Below are positions 54,201-64,000 of a stretch of 64,000 bases of DNA, in pieces (the stretch's first letter is position 1; the number at the start of each line of letters is the position of its first letter). The translations under genes were made by a program, and so were the position numbers. Below the pieces are notes generated by a model, which saw only the letters and a list, made by a program, of their open reading frames with translations, was not told where the DNA came from and did not search any database. Source of the DNA: Eledone cirrhosa (Eukaryota); the NCBI GenBank assembly GCA_964016885.1, contig OZ024740.1, positions 72,726,001-72,790,000 of the forward strand. The letters run 5' to 3'.

Positions 54201-57200
54201 TGGTTGTGGTGGTTCTGATGTTTGTGATGGTTGTGGTGATCGTGGTGGTTGTGGTGGTTGTGATGGTTGTGATGGTTGTGATGGTTGTGGTGGTTGTGGT
54301 GGTTGTGGTGGTTGTGATGGTTGTGGTGGTTGTGATGGTTGTGGTGGTTGTGATGGTTGTGATGTTTGTGGTGGTTGCGATGGTTGTGGTGGTTGTGGTG
54401 GTTGTGGTGGTTGTGGTGGTTTTGGTGGTTGTGATTGTGATGGTTATGGTGGTTGTGGTGGTTGTGGTGGTTGTGGTGGTTGTGGTGGTTGTGGTAGTTG
54501 TGATGGTTGTGTTGGTTGTGGTGGTTGTGGTGTTTGTGGTGGTTGTGATGGTTGTGTTGGTTGTGGTGGTTGTGATGGTTGTGGTGGTGGTGGTTGTGGT
54601 GGTTGTGATGGTTGTGGTGGTTGTGGTGGTTGTGATGGTTGTGGTGGTTGTGGTGGTTGTGGTGGTTGTGGTTATTGTGGTGGTTGTGGTGGTTGTGGTG
54701 GTTGTGGTGGTTGTGGTGGTTGTGGTGGTTTTGGTGGTTGTGATGGTTGTGGTGGTTGTGGTGGTTGTGGTGGTTGTGATGGTTGTGGTGGTTGTGATGG
54801 TTGTGATGGTTGTGGTGGTTGTGGTGGTTGTGATGGTTGTGATGGTTGTGGTGGTTGTGATGGTTGTGGTGGTTGTGTGGTTGTGGTGGTTGTGGTGCTT
54901 GGGGTGGTTGTGGTGGTTGTGATGGTTGTGATGGTTGTGGTGGTTGTGGTGGTTGTGGTGGTTGTGGTGGATTGTGGTTGTGGTGGTTGTGATGGTTGTG
55001 GTGGTTGTTTGTGGTTGTGGTGGTTGTGATGGTTGTGGTGGTTGCGGTGGTTGTGATGGTTGTGGTGGTTGTGGTGGTTCTGATGGTTGTGATGGTTGTG
55101 GTGATTGTGGTGGTTGTGGTGGTTGTGATGGTTGTGATGGTTGTGATGGTTGTGGTGGTTGTGGTGGTTGTGATGGTTATGGTGGTTGTGATGGTTGTGG
55201 TGGTTGTGATGGTTGTGGTGGTTGTGGTGGTTGTGGTGGTTGTGATGGTTGTGATGGTTGTGGTGGTTGTGGTGGTTGTGGTGGTTGCGGTGGTTGTGAT
55301 GGTTGTGGTGGTTGTGATGGTTGTGGTGGTTGTGATGGTTGTGATGGTTGTGGTGGTTGTGGTGGTTGTGATGGTTGTAGTGGTTGTGGTGGTTGTGGTG
55401 GTTGTGATGGTTGTGGTGGTTGTGGTGGTTGTGATGGTTTTGGTGGTTGTGATGGTTGTGATGGTTGTGGTGGTTGTGTTGGTTGTGGTGGTTGTGGTGG
55501 TTGTGGTGGTTGTGGTGGTTGTGGTGGTTGTGGTGGTTGCGATGGTTGTGGTGGTTGTGGTGGTTGTGATGGTTGTAGTGGTTGTGGTGGTTGTGGTGGT
55601 TGTGATGGTTGTAGTGGTTGTGGTGGTTGTGGTGGTTGTGATGGTTGTGATGGTTGTGGTGGTTGTGGTGGTTGTGGTGGTTGTGGTGGTTGTGGTGGTT
55701 GTGGTGGTTGTGATGGTTGTGATGGTTGTAGTGGTTGTAGTGGTTGTGGTGGTTGTGGTGGTTGTGGTGGATGTGTGGTCGTGGTGGTTGTGATGGTTGT
55801 GGTGGCTGTGATGGTTGTGGTGGTTGTGGTGGTTGTGGTGGTTGTGATGGGTGTGATGGTTGTGGTGGTTGTGGTGGTTGTGGTGGTTGTGGTGGTTGTG
55901 ATGGTTGTGATGGTTGTAGTGGTTGTAGTGGTTGTGGTGTTTGTGGTGGTTGTGGTGGATGTGTGGTTGTGGTGGTTGTGATGTTAGTGGTGGCTGTGAT
56001 GGTTGTGGTGGTTGTGGTGGTTGTGGTGGTTGTGATGGGTGTGATGGTTGTGGTGGTTGCGATGGTTGTGGTGGTTGTGGTGGTTGTGGTGGTTGTCGTG
56101 GTTGTGGTGGTTGCGATGGTTGTGGTGGTTGTGGTGGTTGTGGTGGTTGTGATGGTTGTGGTGGTTGTGGTGGTTGTGGTGGTTGTGATGGTTGTGATGG
56201 TTGTGGTGGTTGTGATGGTTGTGGTGGTTGTGTGGTTGTGGTGGTTGTGGTGCTTGGGGTGGTTGTGGTGGTTGTGGTGGTTGTGATCGTTGTGGTGGTT
56301 GTGGTGGTTGTGGTGGTTGCGGTGGTTGTGATGGTTGTGGTGGTTGTGATGGTTGTGGTGGTTGTGATGGTTGTGATGGTTGTGGTGGTTGTAGTGGTTG
56401 TGGTGGTTGTGGTGGTTGTGGTGGTTGTGGTGGATGTGTGGTTGTGGTGGTTGTGATGGTTGTGGTGGCTGTGATGGTTGTGGTGGTTGTGGTGGTTGTG
56501 GTGGTTGCGGTGGTTGTGATGGTTGTGGTGGTTGTGATGGTTGTGGTGGTTGTGATGGTTGTGATGGTTGTGGTGGTTGTGGTGGTTGTGATGGTTGTGG
56601 TGGTTGCGATGGTCGTGGTGGTTGTGGTGGTCGTGGTGGTTGTGATGGTTGTGGTGGTTGTGGTGGTTGTGGTGGTTGTGATGGTTGTGATGGTTTGGTG
56701 GTTGTGATGGTTGTGGTGGTTGTGTGGTTGTGGTGGTTGTGGTGCTTGGGGTGGTTGTGGTGGTTGTGATGGTTGTGATGGTTGTGGTGGTTGTAGTGGT
56801 TGTGGTGGTTGCGGTGGTTGTGATGGTTGTGGTGGTTGTGATGGTTGTGGTGGTTGTGATGGTTGTGATGGTTGTGGTGGTTGTGGTGGTTGTGATGGTT
56901 GTGGTGGTTGTGGTGGTTGTGATGGTTGTGATGGTTGTGGTGGTTGTGGTGGTTGTGGTGGTTGTGGTGGTTTTGGTGGTTATGATGATTGTGATGGTTG
57001 TGGTGGTTGTGGTGGTTGTGGTGGTTGTGATGGTTGTGGTGGTTGTGATGGTTGTGGTGGTTGTGTGGTTGTGGTGGTTGTGGTGCTTGGGATGGTTGTG
57101 GTGGTAGTGGTGGTTGTGATCGTTGTGGTGGTTGTGGTGGTTGTGGTGGTTGTGGTGGTTGCGGTGGTTGTGATGGTTGTGGTGGTTGTGATGGTTGTGG

Positions 57201-58550
57201 TGGTTGTGATGGTTGTGATGGTTGTGGTGGTTGTGGTGGTTGTGATGGTTGTGGTGGTTGCGATGGTTGTGGTGGTTGTGGTGGTCGTGGTGGTTGTGAT
57301 GGTTGTGGTGGTTGTGGTGGTTGTGGTGGTTGTGATGGTTGTGATGGTTGTGGTGGTTGTGATGGTTGTGGTGGTTGTGTGGTTGTGGTGGTTGTGGTGC
57401 TTGGGGTGGTTGTGGTGGTTGTGATGGTTGTGATGGTTGTGGTGGTTGTGGTGGTTTTGGTGGTTGCGGTGGTTGTGATGGTTGTGGTGGTTGTGATGGT
57501 TGTGGTGGTTGTGATGGTTGTGATGGTTGTGGTGGTTGTGGTGGTTGTGATGGTTGTGGTGGTTGTGGTGGTTGTGATGGTTGTGATGGTTGTGGTGGTT
57601 GTGGTGGTTGTGGTGGTTGTGGTGGTTTTGGTGGTTGTGATGGTTGTGATGGTTGTGGTGGTTGTGGTGGTTGTGATGGTTGTGCTGGTTGTGTGGTTGT
57701 GGTGGTTGTGGTGCTTGGGGTGGTTGTGGTGGTTGTGATGGTTGTGATGGTTGTGGTGGTTGTAGTGGTTGTGATGGTTGTGGTGGTTGTGATGGTTGTG
57801 GTTGTTGTGGTGGATGTGTGGTTGTGGTGGTTGTGATGGTTGTGGTGGCTGTGATGGTTGTGGTGGTTGTGGTGGTTGTGGTGGTTGTGATGGGTGTGAT
57901 GGTTGTAGTGGTTGTAGTGGTTGTGGTAGTTGTGGTGGTCGTAGTGGTTTTGTGGTTGTCGTGGTTGTGTGGTTGTGGTGTTTGTGGTGGTTGTGGTGGT
58001 TGTGATGGTTGTGGTGGTTGTGGTAGTTGTGTGTTTGTGGTGTTTGTGGTGGTTGTGGTGATTGTGGTGGTTGTGGTGGTTGTGGTGGTTGTGTGGTTGT
58101 GGTGGTTGTGGTGCTTGGGGTGGTTGTGGTGGTTGTGGTGGTTGTGATGGTTGTGGTGGTTGTGGTGGTTGTGGCGGTTGCAGTGGTTGTGTGGTTGTAG
58201 TGGTTGTGGTGGCTGTGGTGGTTGTGGTGGTTGTGGTGTTGTGGCAGTTTTGGTGGTCGTGGTAGTTGTGGCGGTTGTGGTGGTTGTGATGTTTGTGGTG
58301 GTTGTGGTGGTGGTGGTGGTTGTGGTGGTTGTGGTGGTTGTGGCGGTTGTGGTGGTTTTGATGGTTGTGGTGGTTGTGGTGTTGTGGTACTTTTGGTGGT
58401 CGTGGTAGTTGTGGCGGTTGTGGTGGTTGTGATGTTTGTGGTGGTTGTGGTGGTTGTGGTGGTTGTGGTGGTTGTGGCGGTTGTGGTGGTTTTGATGGTT
58501 GTGGTGGTGGTGGTGGTGGTGGTGGTGGTGGTGGTGGTGGTGTTGGTGGC
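51210..58550. repeat. 7.3-kb G/T-rich satellite, (GGT)n grading into (GGTGGTTGT/GATGGTTGT)n
   Basis: 9-bp unit with recurring variant landmarks. Confidence 0.97.
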
Positions 58551-59146
58551 GGGGGAGGAAATAGAAACAGAAGAGGATAAAATAGGAAAGAAACAAAAGA
58601 AATAGTGGAAGGGGAGGGGGAGCCGGTTATTAAATCGTAGCGAATGGTTGGTTTCTTGAGGGTTGTCTTATATTTTTAGTGTTTTGTTATTGCTATTATT
58701 ATTATTTTTATAAAAGCGAGGGCACTGGATTGGCAGTATCGGTAGAGAGTCGGACGCCATGCTTTGAGGCATAGAGTTACGGCCCTTGCCATTCTGAGTT
58801 CAAATTCCGCCGAGGTTAACTTTGCCTTTCATCCTTACGGGGTCGATAAAATAAAGTACCAGTAATACACTGGTTAATTGCTGGCCTTGTGCCAAAAGTA
58901 GAAACAATTATTTTAAAGAAGTGTTTGTGACTTAGTTTTTAAGTAGTAATCGAGTCATTGACTTGCTAAGATGTTTTGTCAAGTTTGTCGAAGATGACTT
59001 GTCAATTCCTTTAGCTTAAACTTTAGTTCACGCATGACAGATGAAGAAAATTATGTTGTAAACAAGAGATTAAATATTTTTTCCTCTTCTCTGCATTCTA
59101 ACCTAATAAATAAGATTCTCTTATTCTTATTAGCGTTCATTTTGTT

Positions 59147-59582
59147 AACCTCGAGTCACTGATCTTTCTATTTAATAGTTTTTTTTACGTTTTAACAACA
59201 ACAGCAGTAGCAACAAAACATCCACACAACAAGAGCAATTTATTTTAAAAATTAATACCCACCAGATTTTGTGAGTAGTGTAGTAAAAATTGTTTTAGGA
59301 AAGCCTCAGTACAATAGCTAGTTAGAAATAATTGTTTCTACTTTTGGAACAAGGCCCGCAATTACTGCATTACTGGTACTTTATTTTATCGACCCTTGGC
59401 GGGATTTGAACTGGTACTTTATTTTATCGACCCTTGGTGGGATTTGAACTCAGAATGGAAAGGGCCGCAACTCTATGCGTCAAAGCATGGCGTCCGCTCC
59501 ACTACCGATACTGCCAATCCACTGCTGTTGTTGTTAAAACGTAAAAAAAACTATTAAATACAAAGATCAGTGACTCGAGGTT
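59147..59582. repeat. ~63-bp inverted repeat enclosing a SINE with an internal tandem duplication
   Basis: aacctcgagtcactgatcttt...ttaacaacaacagcagt (59147-59209) / actgctgttgttgttaa...aaagatcagtgactcgaggtt (59521-59582). Confidence 0.85.
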
Positions 59583-60156
59583 AGAAATATAGGAATGAAA
59601 ACAGGAGTGAAGTAAAACGAAACAAAACAACGGTTTACACTGTTATCTTATATGTTATGGGATGCTAGGAGGGTGGAGAACCAAGTTCCTTTGTAAAGGA
59701 GCCCAACTTAACAACACTCTATTTCCTTTTTCTTTTGAAGAAGAGTGTCTTATCCCTTTTATTACTATATTTATATTGAAATACATTGTCTATGATTTTC
59801 AATTAATTTTGAAAATAATTACGACTTGATAATATAACTTTCTTATTATAAAGTTGGTATTTGAACATAACTTATCAAAGGTTCTTACATACAATTAAGG
59901 TCGAAAGTATTTAGATAGAAATAAACAGTTTAAAACAAGCGGTTTTGTATCATAGAACAAAAGACAAATTGGTATCAAAAGCGTTAACCCTGACATATTA
60001 AGAAATATATTCTGTCCGACGCTCTACCGATTTTGTCATGCAAGAGCGTGCATAGTTTAATAATAACCAATAATAGAGTATACATATGATTGTATGGTGG
60101 CAAAGAAAAGAATTGTTAAAATAAATAACATATTTCTTTGTTAATTTTCTTAAGTT

Positions 60157-60202
<46 letters not shown>

Positions 60203-60260
60203 AACTAAAGAAAATTAACAAAGAAATTTGTTATTTATTTTATTTAACAATTTATATATA

Positions 60261-60418
60261 CCGTGTTTCCCGGCGCCGAAAACGTTTCGTCCTCGTGGAA
60301 ACACCCTAGTTTGACAACCAAAAATTTGAAAAAATATATTAAACAACCTTTGACCGCATGGTAGATTTTGTAGACTTATTTTATGAAAAAGTAGCGTCTT
60401 CGACGCCGGGAAATACGG
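60261..60418. mobile_element. pogo/Tigger-like MITE with TA target site
   Basis: TA|ccgtgtttcccggcgccgaaaacg ... cgtcttcgacgccgggaaatacgg|TA. Confidence 0.75.
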
Positions 60419-60767
60419 TATATATATATATATCTCGGTATATATATATATATATATATATATATCTCAATCATTTTGTTTGACCCGTTTTAGCTTGTTC
60501 GCTTTTTTGGCTATGGTGGTTAAGGGCTTCTTAACCATCGTCTCGGCGTGTATGACCTTTTTAACTTATGTTTATAGCTCTGGTACCTTCATCAGTTCCA
60601 TCGAGCGCTTGTCAGCACAATATGGAAGTTGCGTTTCGCTAATTTCTACCCGCCGAAATGCTATTTTCGCTAAATTATATTTATATATATATATATATAT
60701 ATACGTGTTTTGCAACGGGTCACTTTGTGGCTCAATGAAAAGTTAATAAATTAAATAATCAGAGCTA

Positions 60768-60958
60768 TATATCATAAAACATGTCTATAGAATTACCAGA
60801 TAAAATATATACCATTGGTTTCGGTTATTTGTTGGAGATTTCTTCATAGAAGCCTTATTCTTATAGCTTGGTCTATTCGATTTTTTATATGGTTAATTAT
60901 GCTAATTGGGAGAGGAAATGGTATATATTTTATCTGGTAATTCTATAGACATGTTTTA

Positions 60959-60964
<6 letters not shown>
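60768..60964. repeat. Fold-back element (~50-bp arms) with a degenerate hammerhead-like remnant
   Basis: atatcataaaacatgtctatagaattaccagataaaatatataccatt is inverted at 60917-60964. The minus strand reads TGAAGA...CC-GAAA-CCAATGG-TA. Confidence 0.7.
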
Positions 60965-60997
<33 letters not shown>

Positions 60998-61361
60998 CAC
61001 TAAAAGATGGGAATTATCGTTTCAGATTAACAATAAATTATCTCTTTCTATATCGTCCTAGAAAATTCTAGAACGATATAGAAAGGGATATATAATAATG
61101 GAAATAAAGAAACAAGTAAATAATAACAGAAATAAATAGATAAATATGTAAATGAATGGAAACCCCGTTTATTGCTGAAGGTTTGTTTTGTGAGAGATTG
61201 TTAAAGTAGCCTTACTGCTGGAAAGATGGAATAATGGAATTGTGGAATGGTGGGATGGAGGAATGGTCGGATGGTGGAATGGTCGGATGGTGGAATGGAG
61301 GAATGGAGGAATGGAGGACTGGTGGAATGATGGTATGGTGGAATGGTGGAAAGAGACTATA

Positions 61362-61464
<103 letters not shown>

Positions 61465-61661
61465 GGGAAATAGAGGGAGAGAGAGAGAGAGAGAGAGGAA
61501 GGAAGAGAGGCGAGAGAGAGAGAGTTATAGTTGAAAACTTCAGAGCAAAAGAAAATAAAGGAACAAATAAATAAATAAAGAAAGAAAGAAACAGAGAACG
61601 AAAGAAAGAAAGTGAGAACGAACGAATAAACGAAAGAAAGAAAGTGAGAACGAACGAATGA

Positions 61662-61725
<64 letters not shown>

Positions 61726-62070
61726 AGAGAGGTGAGAGCGAAGTTTATATCCTGGTGAGAGATGCTTGTATTGTCAATAATAGACCTTTATGGCTTAAAT
61801 GATCAACATTGCTGACTCGACTTATTTGGGGTAGGAAATTAATTTCTTTAAAAATTCCGCCTCTTTTCTTTCAATTCTAGCAAATTTCCCTTCAGCGGAA
61901 GTACTGTAGTTTCCTCTTCATAGTAGTGATACAGCAATGCCCTCTACCGGTCTTTTGCGCCTCCAAGTCCGGTTATCGACACCTATTGTTCGACATGCCG
62001 TCTTCTTTATTGCAATTCTGTTCCTTTGACATGCAACACAACAGATAGAGGACGGTACAAACATCCCTGG

Positions 62071-62182
<112 letters not shown>

Positions 62183-62583
62183 TGTGTGTATGTGTATATA
62201 TATATTTGCAGACCCCTGCAAGTGGATTTTGTCGATTTCGGATTTACAGAAACCTAGCGGAGATATTATAGATTATATGTGATGTATATTATATGGTATA
62301 TAGTATGTGTTGTGTATGATGTCGACGTGATGGTCCAGGTTAGTCAAAAATGTTTTCCTGAGTCCAGTCTTTTTCGTGGCTATGGTCACTGCGGCCCTTC
62401 TATCTGTCGTTGTCTTCATTTTGCAAAGCTGTCTAAACGTAATGTTATAACTCTAGGGTTATATACCCTATTGAGTGCTTAGCTGCACACCGAGACTACA
62501 TTCGTTAGCTTGGCTGCAACCAGAGCTTCGTTGATGCTGTACTAAATTTTATATATATATATATATTTATTAAAATAACAGAT

Positions 62584-62640
62584 TAAAGTTTAAGCAAAGA
62601 ATCGCAGCTTTCACCCTTAACGGGATCTTCTGAAACTTTA
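62584..62640 (-). ncRNA. Hammerhead-like motif, CAGAAGA core variant (family E)
   Basis: TAAAGTTT-CAGAAGA-TCCC(GTTAA)GGGT-GAAA-GC...GC-TT-AAACTTTA; perfect 8-bp stem I. Confidence 0.55.
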
Positions 62641-62660
62641 GTCTTCAAATTTATTATTAT

Positions 62661-62703
<43 letters not shown>

Positions 62704-63058
62704 TATTCGTAAAATTTGAGTACTCTCAATGCGAAAGGTAGCCGTTACCAGCTGTATACTATTTGCGTAGCAAAATATTTGGGTTAAAATATAACCACAA
62801 ATCGAACGGAGAGCGTGAGGGAGAGAGGGAGAGAGAAAGAGATATGAGGGGGTTATAGAGAGAGGAGAGAAAGAGAGATGAGGAATGAGGGAAGTATATA
62901 TATATATATATATAGAAAGAGAGAGAGAGAGGAGGAGGGGAGAAAAGTGGACCAGAACGATGGGGAGTTGGATAGAAAGATCGAGTGAAAGATTAACAAG
63001 AACAAGGTACTTAACGTTATTTGGATAGATCATCAGCCCCCTATCAATATATATTTTC

Positions 63059-63345
63059 CTAGGGCGGGTAAAATTCCCGAGATCCATGGACAAGTTCTCT
63101 CCAGCGGTCTCTGTCCCACATTATCGCTGCCATGTCCTGCGTCCCCAACAGACCAGTGTCTGTCCTTAGGGCATCAACATACGTTAACCTTGGTCTTCCA
63201 CTTCCAGTGTGTCCATGTAGGGGCTCACACAGGAGCACTGAGTGCAATGTCAACCCTGGATGTCGGTCAGCATGTCCAGCTAACCCCAATCTCCTCTGTG
63301 TCACTTTTGAGCTGACTTTTGGGAGCTCCCATACAGCTCTGAGTT
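63059..63345 (-). mobile_element. RTE-clade LINE ORF C-terminal fragment (frameshifted, 5'-truncated)
   Basis: NSELYG/LPKVSSKVTQRRLGLAGHADRH...EPLHGH..SGRPRLTYVDAL..DTGL....M.DRDRWR. Confidence 0.8.
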
Positions 63346-63393
63346 TTTCATCCTCAGTGTATACTAATTAATCAATATATACATATATATATA

Positions 63394-63700
63394 TCTATAA
63401 TATTTTAAAGCTGAGCGTCGTGCGTATGTATTATGTATGTATGTATCCTACACACCTCCCTATAGTTTCTTAGTTTTACTCTCTCCGTCGCTCTTCCCTC
63501 TCTCTATAATAGATCATTCCCCCTCTCTATAATTTAACTACTTTACTCTCTCTGTCGCTCTTCACTCTCAAAAAATACTATAAAGCTGAGCGTCGTCTCT
63601 CTCTCTCTCTCCCTCTTTCACCCTCTCTATAATTTAACTGCTTTACTCTCTGTCTCTCTTCACTCTCTATATGAGAACACTCTTTTACTTTCCGTATCTA
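63394..63700 (+). mobile_element. Possible non-autonomous Helitron-like 5' region with internal repeats
   Basis: A|TCTATAATATTTTAAAGCTGAG followed by a (TATG) tract; taaagctgagcgtcgt and ctctctataatttaact repeated. No 3' CTAG hairpin seen. Confidence 0.35.
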
Positions 63701-63719
63701 CCGTCAACATATCAATATA

Positions 63720-63975
63720 TACCCAGGTTCTGCTGCACGTCGGGCTGAGTGGGCCAAACTCCTCAAATACTGGTCGCTCTCCGACAGGTTATTCGTCGTA
63801 CACCTTTCAGTGGAGACTTCTGGTGTCCTTGGCCCCAGGGCTACCTGCTTACTCACCACCATATGCGCTGAGCTGCCAGCCGCAGGTGTGAGCCCCGCGA
63901 GTTGGAGTGGCTTTTCCAGCGCGTCTCCCTTGCCGTCCTCCGGGGAAACGCCTTCTCCATTTTGTCCGTCGGGGC
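63720..63975 (+). mobile_element. CRE-like non-LTR retrotransposon C-terminal RLE region (frameshifted)
   Basis: PGSAARRAEWAKLLKY.SLSD......SVETSGVLGPRA..LL / RRCEPRELEWLFQRVSLAVLRGNAFSIL. Confidence 0.7.
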
Positions 63976-64000
63976 TGTGTGTGGGCCCCATCGCGTACCG

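Noticed and set aside
51200-58605. Gly/Cys-rich (keratin-associated or metallothionein-like), poly-Val and Thr/His ORFs
   Set aside because: Open in multiple frames with frequent frame-shifting indels and no splice or start context; satellite DNA.
63704-63991. 95-aa minus-strand ORF
   Set aside because: Antisense shadow of the plus-strand CRE-like fragment.

Overview
AT-rich eukaryotic DNA saturated with microsatellites. The microsatellite density and SINE-like repeats suggest a coleoid cephalopod (octopus-like); this is an inference. Nearly all ORFs in the track are microsatellite translations. One real gene is visible on the minus strand, a LIM-class homeobox gene of the Arrowhead/Lhx6-8 family. 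Its homeobox exon is at 45811-46080 and a phase-compatible candidate last coding exon is at 16236-16300, implying a ~29.5 kb intron; the LIM exons were not found. The rest is TE debris: tRNA-derived SINEs, RTE, Tx1/L1, R4-like and CRE-like LINE fragments, a decayed Penelope-like GIY-YIG element, pogo-like MITEs, and minisatellites including a 7.3 kb (GGTGGTTGT)n array. The most striking hidden layer is a dense set of short non-coding elements inserted in (TA)n tracts, many of them fold-backs. They carry type I hammerhead-ribozyme-like motifs from several unrelated families, usually with a palindromic stem III. Four have intact cores (17095-17146, 18341-18414, 31507-31602, 40655-40692). Others show recurrent non-canonical features (CUGAAUGA or CAGAAGA cores, U-U stem II closure, long stem II). 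Several lie on the sense strand of the inferred Awh intron. All folds were read by eye and need computational and biochemical confirmation.
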